The notes under the pieces: generated by a model
Told to the model about the DNA's origin: nothing
Database searches by the model: none
The model's input: the letters and a program-made list of their open reading frames with translations, nothing else
Position numbers and translations under genes: made by a program
Source of the DNA: Escherichia coli
GTDB lineage: Bacteria; Pseudomonadota; Gammaproteobacteria; Enterobacterales; Enterobacteriaceae
DNA: 64,000 nucleotides
Assembly (NCBI RefSeq): GCF_044647545.1
Contig: NZ_CP172818.1
Reading direction: 5' to 3' (one strand)
In this document: piece after piece, positions 23,972 to 34,247 of the stretch
Layout of the letters: the number at the start of each line of letters is the position of its first letter
Position numbering within the stretch: position 1 is the stretch's first letter

Positions 23972-24324
23972 CTGCTTTTCTTCGCGAATTAATTCCGCTT
24001 CGTAATTTATTCATAAAGCAAATTTAAAATTACAAATCATAATTAAATAAAATGTAACCGCTTTCATCTTGCTGGAAATTCACGCATTTTTTCTTCAACA
24101 CACCTTTCAACTACAACTTAAGCCTTGTAACAAAAATCATCAAAATATGTGCGGTTGCTCATGTTCTTACATTCTGGTTACAGAAAGAGATTGATAATTC
24201 GCGTCGCGAAAAATAGTCTGTTCCTGTAGTCAGCGAGACTTTTCTCAACGCTACTTTTTTAATTTTTATTTTTTTCGCTGTTCACCTTTGGTGCAGCAAT
24301 TTATACGTCAAAGAGGATTAACCC

Positions 24325-25731
24325 ATGCGTGCGTTTAGTGGCAAACGTAGTACGCTGGCGCTGGCTATCGCCGGTGTTACAGCAATGTCGGGCTTTGTGG
24401 CAATGCCAGAGGCTCGCGCCGAAGGATTCTTCGAAGATTCAACCTTAACCGGCGGTATCTATTACTGGCAGCGTGAACGTGACCGTAAAGATGTTACCGA
24501 CGGCGACAAATATAAAACCAACCTTTCTCACTCCACCTGGAACGCTAATCTCGATTTTCAGTCTGGCTATGCCGCTGATATGTTCGGTCTGGATATTGCC
24601 GCGTTTACAGCGATTGAAATGGCAGAAAACGGCGACAGCTCTCACCCGAACGAAATCGCGTTTTCAAAAAGTAATAAAGCCTATGACGAAGACTGGTCCG
24701 GCGATAAAAGCGGTATAAGCCTGTATAAAGCAGCGGCCAAATTTAAATACGGTCCGGTATGGGCGAGGGCAGGTTATATTCAGCCAACCGGTCAGACGCT
24801 GTTAGCGCCACACTGGAGCTTTATGCCGGGTACTTATCAGGGGGCGGAGGCCGGGGCGAATTTTGATTACGGCGATGCTGGTGCGTTGAGTTTCTCCTAC
24901 ATGTGGACCAACGAATACAAAGCACCGTGGCATCTGGAAATGGATGAGTTTTATCAGAACGATAAAACCACCAAAGTTGATTATCTGCACTCCATCGGTG
25001 CGAAGTACGACTTCAAAAATAACTTTGTACTGGAAGCAGCGTTTGGTCAGGCGGAAGGGTATATCGATCAATACTTTGCCAAAGCCAGCTACAAATTTGA
25101 TATCGCCGGTAGCCCGTTAACCACCAGCTACCAGTTCTACGGTACGCGCGATAAAGTTGACGATCGCAGCGTCAACGATCTTTATGACGGCACCGCCTGG
25201 CTGCAGGCGTTGACCTTTGGTTACCGGGCGGCTGACGTAGTGGATTTGCGCCTCGAAGGTACCTGGGTTAAGGCTGACGGTCAGCAGGGATACTTCCTGC
25301 AACGTATGACTCCAACCTACGCTTCCTCCAACGGCCGCCTGGATATCTGGTGGGATAACCGTTCCGACTTCAACGCTAACGGCGAAAAAGCGGTCTTCTT
25401 CGGTGCGATGTATGACCTGAAAAACTGGAATCTTCCAGGCTTCGCCATCGGCGCTTCCTACGTTTACGCATGGGATGCTAAACCCGCTACCTGGCAGAGC
25501 AATCCGGATGCGTACTACGACAAAAACCGGACTATTGAAGAGTCTGCCTACAGCCTGGATGCGGTCTACACCATTCAGGACGGTCGCGCCAAAGGCACGA
25601 TGTTCAAACTGCACTTCACCGAATACGACAACCACTCCGACATCCCAAGCTGGGGCGGTGGTTACGGCAACATCTTCCAGGATGAGCGTGACGTGAAATT
25701 TATGGTAATCGCACCATTCACCATCTTCTGA
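24325..25731 (+). CDS. chiP: Chitoporin (outer-membrane chitooligosaccharide porin)
   Basis: 468 aa ORF with signal peptide and aromatic beta-barrel C-terminus (ends in F). Confidence 0.9.
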   Translation: MRAFSGKRSTLALAIAGVTAMSGFVAMPEARAEGFFEDSTLTGGIYYWQRERDRKDVTDGDKYKTNLSHSTWNANLDFQSGYAADMFGLDIAAFTAIEMAENGDSSHPNEIAFSKSNKAYDEDWSGDKSGISLYKAAAKFKYGPVWARAGYIQPTGQTLLAPHWSFMPGTYQGAEAGANFDYGDAGALSFSYMWTNEYKAPWHLEMDEFYQNDKTTKVDYLHSIGAKYDFKNNFVLEAAFGQAEGYIDQYFAKASYKFDIAGSPLTTSYQFYGTRDKVDDRSVNDLYDGTAWLQALTFGYRAADVVDLRLEGTWVKADGQQGYFLQRMTPTYASSNGRLDIWWDNRSDFNANGEKAVFFGAMYDLKNWNLPGFAIGASYVYAWDAKPATWQSNPDAYYDKNRTIEESAYSLDAVYTIQDGRAKGTMFKLHFTEYDNHSDIPSWGGGYGNIFQDERDVKFMVIAPFTIF

Positions 25732-25780
25732 TGCCCGACGCGGCAGGTTTTGTGCCTGCCGCACGTTTGAGGAATTTGCT

Positions 25781-26107
25781 ATGAAAAAACTGATTCTCAT
25801 CGCCATAATGGCATCGGGGCTGGTAGCTTGTGCGCAATCAACCGCGCCACAGGAAGACAGTCGTCTGAAAGAGGCATACAGCGCCTGTATCAACACCGCA
25901 CAAGGTTCGCCAGAAAAAATTGAAGCCTGCCAGAGCGTGTTAAACGTGCTGAAGAAAGAGAAACAACATCAGCAGTTTGCCGACCAGGAAAGTGTCCGCG
26001 TACTGGATTATCAGCAGTGTCTGCGCGCAACGCAAACCGGAAATGATCAGGCGGTGAAAGCCGATTGTGATAAGGTCTGGCAGGAAATTCGCAGTAATAA
26101 CAAATAA
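25781..26107 (+). CDS. chiQ: Lipoprotein ChiQ
   Basis: 108 aa ORF with lipobox LVAC. Confidence 0.85.
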   Translation: MKKLILIAIMASGLVACAQSTAPQEDSRLKEAYSACINTAQGSPEKIEACQSVLNVLKKEKQHQQFADQESVRVLDYQQCLRATQTGNDQAVKADCDKVWQEIRSNNK

Positions 26108-26147
26108 GTGAGAGCTGTAACTCTCGCTTTTCTTATTTCCCTTGCAT

Positions 26148-26179
26148 AAAAAAGCCAACCCGCAGGTTGGCTTTTCTCG
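26148..26179. terminator. Bidirectional terminator between chiQ and fur
   Basis: gccaacc-cgca-ggttggc hairpin flanked by A6 and T4. Confidence 0.6.
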
Positions 26180-26190
26180 TTCAGGCTGGC

Positions 26191-26637
26191 TTATTTGCCT
26201 TCGTGCGCGTGCTCATCTTCGCGGCAATCGCCTTCGGCACAGTGACCGTAAAGATAGAGACTGTGGTTAGTCAGGCGAATGCCATGTTTTGCGGCAATTT
26301 CACGCTGACGCGCTTCGATGGAATCATCACTAAATTCGATTACCTTGCCGCAGTCGAGGCAGATCAGGTGATCGTGGTGATGTTGCTGTGTCAGTTCAAA
26401 TACGGATTTACCGCCTTCAAAATTGTGGCGGGTGACGATACCAGCGTCGTCAAACTGGTTCAGTACGCGATATACCGTAGCCAGACCAATTTCTTCACCC
26501 ATATCGATCAGACGTTTGTATAAATCTTCCGCACTGACGTGATGGTTGTCCGGCTCCTGAAGAACTTCCAGGATTTTTAAACGAGGAAGCGTTACTTTCA
26601 GGCCAGCTTTCTTTAGGGCGGTATTGTTATCAGTCAT
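26191..26637 (-). CDS. fur: Ferric uptake regulator
   Basis: 148 aa ORF with metal-binding HHHDH and CxxC motifs. Confidence 0.95.
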   Translation of the reverse strand: MTDNNTALKKAGLKVTLPRLKILEVLQEPDNHHVSAEDLYKRLIDMGEEIGLATVYRVLNQFDDAGIVTRHNFEGGKSVFELTQQHHHDHLICLDCGKVIEFSDDSIEARQREIAAKHGIRLTNHSLYLYGHCAEGDCREDEHAHEGK

Positions 26638-26716
26638 GCGGAATCTGTCCTGTTACTAAGCGGTTCACTTCATTAGAAGAAGTGACAGAATTTGCTCTTG
26701 AGATAATGCGTATCAT
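26630..26716 (-). CDS. uof: uof, 28-codon upstream ORF translationally coupled to fur
   Basis: MIRIISRANSVTSSNEVNRLVTGQIPHD; its stop overlaps the fur ATG. Confidence 0.7.
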   Translation of the reverse strand: MIRIISRANSVTSSNEVNRLVTGQIPHD

Positions 26717-26720
26717 TATA
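26702..26720. promoter_or_regulatory. Fur box-like site
   Basis: gataatgcgtatcattata resembles the 19-bp Fur consensus. Confidence 0.4.
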
Positions 26721-26925
26721 GAATTGCCACGCCTAAATGAAAACCACAAGTCCCTGGCAAATATTGTTAATAAAAACGTGGCACAGCTTACATTTACAAC
26801 GGCAAGGCCACTTGAACACCGGGACATTGTACAGGTACAACAGCAAAAGTTACAAATTTGTAGCAATTATTTTGATTGGCATTATCTATTAATACGGCGT
26901 AGACATGAGTCTACGCCGCATCACA

Positions 26926-27456
26926 TCAGGCATTGAGAATTTCGTCGAGATGCAGCTCTTCAGAAATTTGTTTAACCCATTTTTCTACACGTTCAGCGGT
27001 CAGTTCCGGCTGACGATCTTCGTCGATAGCCAGACCGACAAAGTGGTCATCATCAGCCAGACCTTTTGACGCTTCGAAGTGGTAGCCCGCAGTTGGCCAG
27101 TGACCAACGATAGTTGCGCCGCGCGGTTCAATGATGTCGCGGATGGTGCCCAATGCATCGCAGAAGTATTCTGCGTAATCTTCCTGGTCGCCACAACCAA
27201 ACAGCGCAACCAGTTTACCATTAAAATCAATCTCTTCGAGAGTCGGGAAGAAGTCATCCCAGTCACACTGCGCTTCGCCGTAATACCAGGTTGGGATGCC
27301 CAGCAGCAGAATGTCATAAGCTTCCAGATCTTCTTTGCTGCTTTTTGCAATGTCATGGACATCGGCAACGTCTTTACCAAGCTGTTTTTGAATCATTTTT
27401 GCGATATTTTCGGTATTACCGGTGTCGCTGCCGAAAAAGATGCCAGTGATAGCCAT
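26926..27456 (-). CDS. fldA: Flavodoxin 1
   Basis: ORF 26926..27573; 176 aa from [16 protein letters not shown] (flavodoxin signature). Confidence 0.9.
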
Positions 27457-27595
27457 GAGTGAAATAACCTCTTGAAACTTATTGAAATGGGGGTGGAAAA
27501 TTGCCCACGGATAAAGGCAATCATAGCAGAACAGGCAGTCTTGCGGAATCAGCAAACGAGCAGGACTGCACACTGTGCTACATGAAAGTGGAAAT

Positions 27596-27889
27596 TTAAA
27601 CGATGCCCTGACTACGCAGCGCCGCCAGTTGCTGCATTAACATCTCTTCGATCAGTTCGCTACGGCTCATATTGCGCGACTCCGCCAGCTCGTTCAGTGC
27701 CTCGACAGCTTCCGCGTTCAGCTTCAGTTCGACACGCTTAAGGCCACGTACTTTGTCGCGTTTTAGTTGGTTACGTTTATTAATACGCAGCTGTTCATCG
27801 CGCGAAAGCGGATTAGTTTTCGGTCGTCCCGGTCGACGCTCGTGCGCGAACAGATCTAATGTCGTACGGTCCGTTTGTTCTTTGGCCAT
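27596..27889 (-). CDS. ybfE: Small DNA-binding-like protein YbfE
   Basis: ORF 27596..27958; 97 aa product from internal Met MAKEQTD. Confidence 0.7.
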   Translation of the reverse strand: MAKEQTDRTTLDLFAHERRPGRPKTNPLSRDEQLRINKRNQLKRDKVRGLKRVELKLNAEAVEALNELAESRNMSRSELIEEMLMQQLAALRSQGIV

Positions 27890-28028
27890 GATCTTGGTGA
27901 CTTCGGGGGAAACAATCAGCCAGGCCTCTGCCCGGATGGATAGCGCGCCATAATACATCAGCGTGAGGAGTCACGCCAACGTCCACGCGCGGAAAGCGAC
28001 GCGGACGCTGGGTTTTTAATCAGTTGCG

Positions 28029-28793
28029 TTAATCATTGAGATAGCGACGGATAGCGCGTAATACCGCATCCGGTTTTTCAGCATGGACCCAGTGACCCGC
28101 GCCTGCAATCACATGCGCCCGAGCCTGTGGAAATTGTGCCAGTAAATCATCACGGTACTGCTCGCTAACATACGGAGAATTGCCGCCAGGGATAAACAGG
28201 GTAGGATGATCCCATGCCGGGATTTTCTCCCAACCCACAATATGCGGATACTGATCCCACAATACTGGCACGTTAAAGCGCCACTCCCCGTCAACAAAAG
28301 ATTTCAACAGAAACTGAATCACCCCTTCTTCATTAAGATGCTGGCGCATTATTGCCGCTGCTTGCTGGCGTGTTTGTGCGTCTGATTCACTGACTGCGTT
28401 GATGGCCGCGAAAATCTCATCATGACGGCGTACGTGATAGTCGACCGGCGCAATATCAATCGCCACCAGCTTGTCAATGCGATCGGGGGCTAGTGCAGTA
28501 AGAGCCATTACCGCTTTACCGCCCATTGAGTGACCGATAAATGTTGCTTTGTCGATCTGCTGTGCATCCAGGGTATCAACAAGATCCTGCGCCATCGCCG
28601 GGTAATTCATTACCGGATCTCTCGGTGAAAGACCGTGGTTACGCATATCAACCTGGATGATATTGTGATCGTTTACCAGATCGCGAGCCAGTACGCCAAG
28701 GTTGTCGAGGCTGCCAAACAGACCATGGACAAGAACGATGGGAGAATTATTGTGCTGGTTTTGTGCAGTTTGCGCGCGGATATTCAATTTCAT
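28029..28793 (-). CDS. ybfF: Alpha/beta-hydrolase esterase
   Basis: 254 aa ORF with GHSMGG nucleophile elbow. Confidence 0.85.
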   Translation of the reverse strand: MKLNIRAQTAQNQHNNSPIVLVHGLFGSLDNLGVLARDLVNDHNIIQVDMRNHGLSPRDPVMNYPAMAQDLVDTLDAQQIDKATFIGHSMGGKAVMALTALAPDRIDKLVAIDIAPVDYHVRRHDEIFAAINAVSESDAQTRQQAAAIMRQHLNEEGVIQFLLKSFVDGEWRFNVPVLWDQYPHIVGWEKIPAWDHPTLFIPGGNSPYVSEQYRDDLLAQFPQARAHVIAGAGHWVHAEKPDAVLRAIRRYLND

Positions 28794-28977
28794 GGCAAAG
28801 TTCTTTTTTTCGCGTTGTCGGGTTAGGGTATTATGTTGACCATTGTGCCACAGGGCTGCAACAAATAAGGTTTATTCCGAGTTTTTCTGCAAGCCAGGCT
28901 TGACGCTATCCGCTGCCGGGATTTATTCATATACTCCTGGCGACTTGTATTCAGCTAAGACACTGCACTGGATTAAG

Positions 28978-29523
28978 ATGAAAACGATTGAAGTTGATGA
29001 TGAACTCTACAGCTATATTGCCAGCCACACTAAGCATATCGGCGAGAGCGCATCCGACATTTTACGGCGTATGTTGAAATTTTCCGCCGCATCACAGCCT
29101 GCTGCTCCGGTGACGAAAGAGGTTCGCGTTGCGTCACCTGCTATCGTCGAAGCGAAGCCGGTCAAAACGATTAAAGACAAGGTTCGCGCAATGCGTGAAC
29201 TTCTGCTTTCGGATGAATACGCAGAGCAAAAGCGAGCGGTCAATCGCTTTATGCTGCTGTTGTCTACACTATATTCTCTTGACGCCCAGGCGTTTGCCGA
29301 AGCAACGGAATCGTTGCACGGTCGTACACGCGTTTACTTTGCGGCAGATGAACAAACGCTGCTGAAAAATGGTAATCAGACCAAGCCGAAACATGTGCCT
29401 GGTACGCCGTATTGGGTGATCACCAACACCAACACCGGCCGTAAATGCAGCATGATCGAACACATCATGCAGTCGATGCAATTCCCGGCGGAATTGATTG
29501 AGAAGGTTTGCGGAACTATCTAA
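28978..29523 (+). CDS. seqA: Replication-initiation negative regulator SeqA
   Basis: ORF 28843..29523; 181 aa from [11 protein letters not shown]. Confidence 0.9.
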
Positions 29524-29548
29524 AACGTTGCAGACAAAGGACAAAGCA

Positions 29549-31189
29549 ATGGCAATCCACAATCGTGCAGGCCAACCTGCACAACAGAGTGATTTGATTA
29601 ACGTCGCCCAACTGACGGCGCAATATTATGTACTGAAACCAGAAGCAGGGAATGCGGAGCACGCGGTGAAATTCGGTACTTCCGGTCACCGTGGCAGTGC
29701 AGCGCGCCACAGCTTTAACGAGCCGCACATTCTGGCGATCGCTCAGGCAATTGCTGAAGAACGTGCGAAAAACGGCATCACTGGCCCTTGCTATGTGGGT
29801 AAAGATACTCACGCCCTGTCCGAGCCTGCGTTCATTTCCGTTCTGGAAGTGCTGGCAGCGAACGGCGTTGATGTTATTGTGCAGGAAAACAATGGCTTCA
29901 CTCCAACGCCTGCCGTTTCCAATGCCATCCTGGTTCACAATAAAAAAGGTGGCCCGCTGGCAGACGGTATCGTGATTACACCGTCCCATAACCCGCCGGA
30001 AGATGGTGGTATCAAGTACAACCCGCCAAATGGCGGCCCGGCTGATACCAACGTCACTAAAGTGGTGGAAGACAGGGCCAACGCACTGATGGCCGATGGC
30101 CTGAAAGGTGTGAAGCGTATCTCCCTCGACGAAGCGATGGCATCCGGTCATGTGAAAGAGCAGGATCTGGTGCAGCCGTTTGTGGAAGGTCTGGCCGATA
30201 TCGTTGATATGGCGGCGATTCAGAAAGCGGGCCTGACGCTGGGCGTTGATCCGCTGGGCGGTTCCGGTATCGAATACTGGAAGCGTATTGGCGAGTATTA
30301 CAACCTTAACCTGACCATCGTTAACGATCAGGTCGATCAAACCTTCCGCTTTATGCACCTCGATAAAGACGGCGCGATCCGTATGGACTGCTCCTCCGAG
30401 TGTGCGATGGCGGGTCTGCTGGCACTGCGTGATAAGTTCGATCTGGCGTTTGCTAACGACCCGGATTATGACCGTCACGGTATCGTCACTCCGGCAGGTT
30501 TGATGAATCCGAACCACTACCTGGCGGTGGCGATCAATTACCTGTTCCAGCATCGTCCGCAGTGGGGCAAAGATGTTGCCGTTGGTAAAACGCTGGTTTC
30601 TTCTGCGATGATCGACCGTGTGGTCAATGATTTGGGCCGCAGGCTGGTGGAAGTGCCGGTAGGCTTCAAATGGTTTGTTGATGGCCTGTTCGACGGCAGC
30701 TTCGGCTTTGGCGGCGAAGAGAGCGCAGGGGCTTCCTTCCTGCGTTTCGACGGCACGCCGTGGTCCACCGACAAAGACGGCATCATTATGTGTCTGCTGG
30801 CGGCGGAAATCACCGCTGTCACCGGTAAGAACCCGCAGGAACACTACAACGAACTGGCAAAACGCTTTGGTGCGCCGAGCTACAACCGTTTGCAGGCAGC
30901 TGCGACTTCCGCACAAAAAGCGGCGCTGTCTAAGCTGTCTCCGGAAATGGTGAGCGCCAGCACCCTGGCAGGTGACCCGATCACCGCGCGCCTGACTGCT
31001 GCTCCGGGCAACGGTGCTTCTATTGGCGGTCTGAAAGTGATGACTGACAACGGCTGGTTCGCCGCGCGTCCGTCAGGCACAGAAGACGCATACAAAATCT
31101 ACTGCGAAAGCTTCCTCGGGGAAGAACATCGCAAGCAGATTGAGAAAGAAGCGGTTGAGATTGTTAGCGAAGTTCTGAAAAACGCGTAA
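29549..31189 (+). CDS. pgm: Phosphoglucomutase
   Basis: ORF 29498..31189; 546 aa from MAIHNRAGQ; active-site TPSHNP. Confidence 0.9.
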   Translation: MAIHNRAGQPAQQSDLINVAQLTAQYYVLKPEAGNAEHAVKFGTSGHRGSAARHSFNEPHILAIAQAIAEERAKNGITGPCYVGKDTHALSEPAFISVLEVLAANGVDVIVQENNGFTPTPAVSNAILVHNKKGGPLADGIVITPSHNPPEDGGIKYNPPNGGPADTNVTKVVEDRANALMADGLKGVKRISLDEAMASGHVKEQDLVQPFVEGLADIVDMAAIQKAGLTLGVDPLGGSGIEYWKRIGEYYNLNLTIVNDQVDQTFRFMHLDKDGAIRMDCSSECAMAGLLALRDKFDLAFANDPDYDRHGIVTPAGLMNPNHYLAVAINYLFQHRPQWGKDVAVGKTLVSSAMIDRVVNDLGRRLVEVPVGFKWFVDGLFDGSFGFGGEESAGASFLRFDGTPWSTDKDGIIMCLLAAEITAVTGKNPQEHYNELAKRFGAPSYNRLQAAATSAQKAALSKLSPEMVSASTLAGDPITARLTAAPGNGASIGGLKVMTDNGWFAARPSGTEDAYKIYCESFLGEEHRKQIEKEAVEIVSEVLKNA

Positions 31190-31205
31190 ACACATTTAAT
31201 AAGAA

Positions 31206-31235
31206 AAAGGGCGGTCAGAAGATCGCCCTTTTTTA
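31206..31235 (+). terminator. pgm intrinsic terminator
   Basis: gggcg-loop-cgccc hairpin followed by T6. Confidence 0.7.
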
Positions 31236-31244
31236 CTTATGACT

Positions 31245-31344
31245 GCCTGATGCGCTACGCTTATCAGGCTTGGGAAGATGGTGCAATATATTGAATTTAC
31301 GCGATTTTGTAGGCCGGATAAGGCGTTCACGCCGCATCCGGCAT
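31245..31344. repeat. Cluster of two REP elements (BIME-like)
   Basis: tgcctgatgcgctacgcttatcaggc and gtaggccggataaggcgttcacgccgcatccggc. Confidence 0.6.
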
Positions 31345-31393
31345 GAACAACGAGCACTTTGCCAACAAACTGAATAGCTCAAGGGAATTCAAA

Positions 31394-31888
31394 ATGAAGA
31401 CCAAAAGGAGTCTGGTCGTCAGAGTGGCATTAATTACCGCCACACTACTGCTGACAGCATGCGCCCAACCTGAACAATCATCATTAGCTGGTGACTGGTT
31501 ACTGACCCCTAAAGATAAAACCAGAGGATTAACGGGGAGCATTGCGGTAAATATTGCGCCTTCCCGGTGTAAGACAAATTGCCGTGGCGATAACTTACCT
31601 GATAATACCCGCCGCTGGCAGTTGTCAGGCGGGAACGAAAAAGAACTTACTTATCTTCATGATATGTCAGCACAAGAAAAGACCGGTTTAAATCCTGAAT
31701 GGCAATGCTACACCTCATTTTTTATGGGGATTTGCCAGGGTAAGCCCGGCACTCGACCGATAGTTAATGAGGATTATGTCAGCGAAAGCGGATTTTTTGG
31801 CTCGATGATGCATGTCGGGATTATTGAGTTGCGACGCTGTCAGTCAGAAAATTGCCAGCAAGAATTGAAAGCGATAAACACACATTAA
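31394..31888 (+). CDS. ybfP: Lipoprotein YbfP
   Basis: ORF 31343..31888; 164 aa from MKTKRS, lipobox LTAC. Confidence 0.8.
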   Translation: MKTKRSLVVRVALITATLLLTACAQPEQSSLAGDWLLTPKDKTRGLTGSIAVNIAPSRCKTNCRGDNLPDNTRRWQLSGGNEKELTYLHDMSAQEKTGLNPEWQCYTSFFMGICQGKPGTRPIVNEDYVSESGFFGSMMHVGIIELRRCQSENCQQELKAINTH

Positions 31889-31928
31889 AATAGCGAGTCC
31901 GGGAATGAAACCCGGACCTGAACATGTC

Positions 31929-32579
31929 TTATTGCGTGATTGTTTCTTTCATTTGATACTGCATTTCCCAGAGTTCAGTAAGCGAAATAACTTTTCTTGT
32001 TCTTGCTTCTTCACATTGTACCCATAAGAAAGGGTAGAAAGTGAAGGCTTCCGTTGCCGATAATTTTATTACGTCTTCTTGCCATTGCGGCCAGCGTACA
32101 TTTTCATAGAAGGTATCTAAATCACCGGATAATGCCCACTGAAGAAACTCAGAATATCCAACCTCCAGACTTTCCCAATTCAGCGTATCTGGCGCAAAAT
32201 AATAAACGCAGCCAGTATCTTCCCCAAGATCGCCACCATTAAGAGCAAAAATTCCCCCTGCGACATCATCGGCGATGGGTAAAGCCCGCACGCTTGCGAA
32301 TTCAGGGCGTTGTGTCCAACTTGCTGGATCTCGTGGTAACCGGGGGTGACCAGAGCCTGCTATGCGTAACCAACCGTTATCAATCAGCAGACCTCCGGAG
32401 CCATAGACAAGCGCACCCATCGGTGATTTTGTTGTAACCTGTAATTGATAAAGTGCGGTTTCGGCTAAATCTTTATTAACCGGTAAGAGTTCGGCATGGT
32501 TTGTGGCTTCTTTTAACCAATTCTGGATTATTGGCCAGGCTGAATCTTCAGTATTTACTAACTGACTCACTTCACGCAT
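31929..32579 (-). CDS. ybfG: DUF2625-type uncharacterised protein
   Basis: ORF 31929..32687; start at MREVSQL preceded by AAGGAG 9 nt upstream; intact here. Confidence 0.6.
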   Translation of the reverse strand: MREVSQLVNTEDSAWPIIQNWLKEATNHAELLPVNKDLAETALYQLQVTTKSPMGALVYGSGGLLIDNGWLRIAGSGHPRLPRDPASWTQRPEFASVRALPIADDVAGGIFALNGGDLGEDTGCVYYFAPDTLNWESLEVGYSEFLQWALSGDLDTFYENVRWPQWQEDVIKLSATEAFTFYPFLWVQCEEARTRKVISLTELWEMQYQMKETITQ

Positions 32580-32702
32580 CGCTACTTGCTCCTTGTGTGC
32601 TACGGTGTCATTTATGATGAGGCATTGTATGGGACATTTTTTAAATATTAAGTTCCTTATATTTGAATAAAAAATGACTTTATCCATACATTGCCACTTT
32701 TT

Positions 32703-32846
32703 TCAAAGCATAAACCGATACCCAATACCGGCTTCAGTAATGAAATGGCGGGGCGGACGAGATCCTGTTCCAGTTTTTGTCGCAAATGCCTCATATAATT
32801 ACGCAAATAGTTGCTGTGTTCGACCGCGTTTGGACCCTACACCTGC
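32703..32846 (-). pseudogene. ybfI: Remnant of an OmpR-family response regulator 3' end (kdpE-like fragment)
   Basis: About 140 bp nearly identical to the 3' end of kdpE at 37040..37180 in this window. Confidence 0.7.
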
Positions 32847-32880
32847 CGGATGCGGCATAAATAACGAACTCTTTGTCAAC

Positions 32881-32917
32881 AAACAGAAAGGGCGATCATT
32901 CAATCGCCCTTTTTTAT
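32881..32917. terminator. Bidirectional hairpin terminator downstream of potE
   Basis: agggcgat-loop-atcgccct stem with flanking A/T runs. Confidence 0.6.
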
Positions 32918-32927
32918 TTCGCTTTTT

Positions 32928-34247
32928 TTAACCGTGTTTATTTTTCAGTTCAAAGCGTGGAGATACCAGACCATACAGTGTCCAACCAAGGAAGGTCACG
33001 ATGGAACCGTACAGCATGGCTTCTTCCCCGGATGAGTACAGCGCATAGAAACTGTACATCGCACCAACAAAGGCAACAAAGTTTGCTACTTTCGCTTTTG
33101 ATGGTGGCACATTGGCGACCTGCTGAATAATGACTAACGCCGCCATCGACAGAATATACGGGATGATATTGGTCACAACGGCCAGGTTAACCAGCACGTT
33201 GAACTGACTGTTCAGCGACGGGCTAATGGTCATCAGTGATAATCCGCTCTGGATGATGACAATGGTCAGCATTCCCTGTACTGGTGCATCGACTTTGCTC
33301 ACACGGGAGAAAATTTTCGGGAAGTACCCTTCATCGGCAGAAGATTTAAACACCTGGGCAATGGTGAACTGCCAGCCAAGCAGCGAACCGCAGCAGGACA
33401 TCACCATCAGCGCCATAATGACTTTACCCACTCCCGGCGTGAACATCTGTGCGAAGGCCAGGCCAAATGGTGCCGTTGAATTTGCCAGCTCCATATTTGG
33501 CACAATCCCGGCAATCACGTTGGTGGAGACGATATAAATCACCGCCGCACCTAACGTACCGCCAAGAACTGCAATCGGCACGTTACGTTCCGGGTTTTCA
33601 ACTACTTCGGCGTTGGCACAGGCAGACTCCAGACCGAGGAAAGCCCACAATGTCATGGCGATGGAGGAACCTACAGCGCTAAAGAACGGTACATGATGAG
33701 GGTTCCATGAGTTAGCGTACAGCGTCGGGCTAAACCAGAACCAGCCGATAATGCACAGACCGACGACCGGAATAATGACCCCCCACACAGTAATGCTACT
33801 GATTTGCCCGGTAATGCGCGCACCACCAAAGTTAGCCACGGTACAAATCCACAGCACTCCGATGGTCGCAAGACCAATCTGCACTGGCGACAAACTCGCG
33901 CCGAGCAGTTCGGTGCCGTAACCAACCGCCGAAATAGCAATCGCGACGTTAGCAATCAGCAGCGAGACACCGTAGGTGTAGTTCGCCATAAAGTTCCCTG
34001 ATTTACCGAAAGCATACTCCGCATAACCGCCCATACCGCCTGATTTACGGCTGAACATGCCGCATTTTGCGAATGCCCATGCCAGCGCCATTGAGCCTAC
34101 GGCTGTCACCAGCCAGGAGATAATTGAGATTGTCCCAACTTCGGCAAGCTTTGTCGGCAGCATGATGATACCGGAGCCCATCATGTTGACCATCGTCAGT
34201 ATGGTTAACTGAACGACGCCCATCTTGTTCGATTTAGCCTGACTCAT
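32928..34247 (-). CDS. potE: Putrescine-ornithine antiporter
   Basis: ORF 32928..34307; 439 aa from MSQAKSNK; APC-family permease. Confidence 0.9.
   Translation of the reverse strand: MSQAKSNKMGVVQLTILTMVNMMGSGIIMLPTKLAEVGTISIISWLVTAVGSMALAWAFAKCGMFSRKSGGMGGYAEYAFGKSGNFMANYTYGVSLLIANVAIAISAVGYGTELLGASLSPVQIGLATIGVLWICTVANFGGARITGQISSITVWGVIIPVVGLCIIGWFWFSPTLYANSWNPHHVPFFSAVGSSIAMTLWAFLGLESACANAEVVENPERNVPIAVLGGTLGAAVIYIVSTNVIAGIVPNMELANSTAPFGLAFAQMFTPGVGKVIMALMVMSCCGSLLGWQFTIAQVFKSSADEGYFPKIFSRVSKVDAPVQGMLTIVIIQSGLSLMTISPSLNSQFNVLVNLAVVTNIIPYILSMAALVIIQQVANVPPSKAKVANFVAFVGAMYSFYALYSSGEEAMLYGSIVTFLGWTLYGLVSPRFELKNKHG

Noticed and set aside
29516-30916. 466 aa ORF antisense to pgm
   Set aside because: Shadow ORF fully contained in pgm on the opposite strand.
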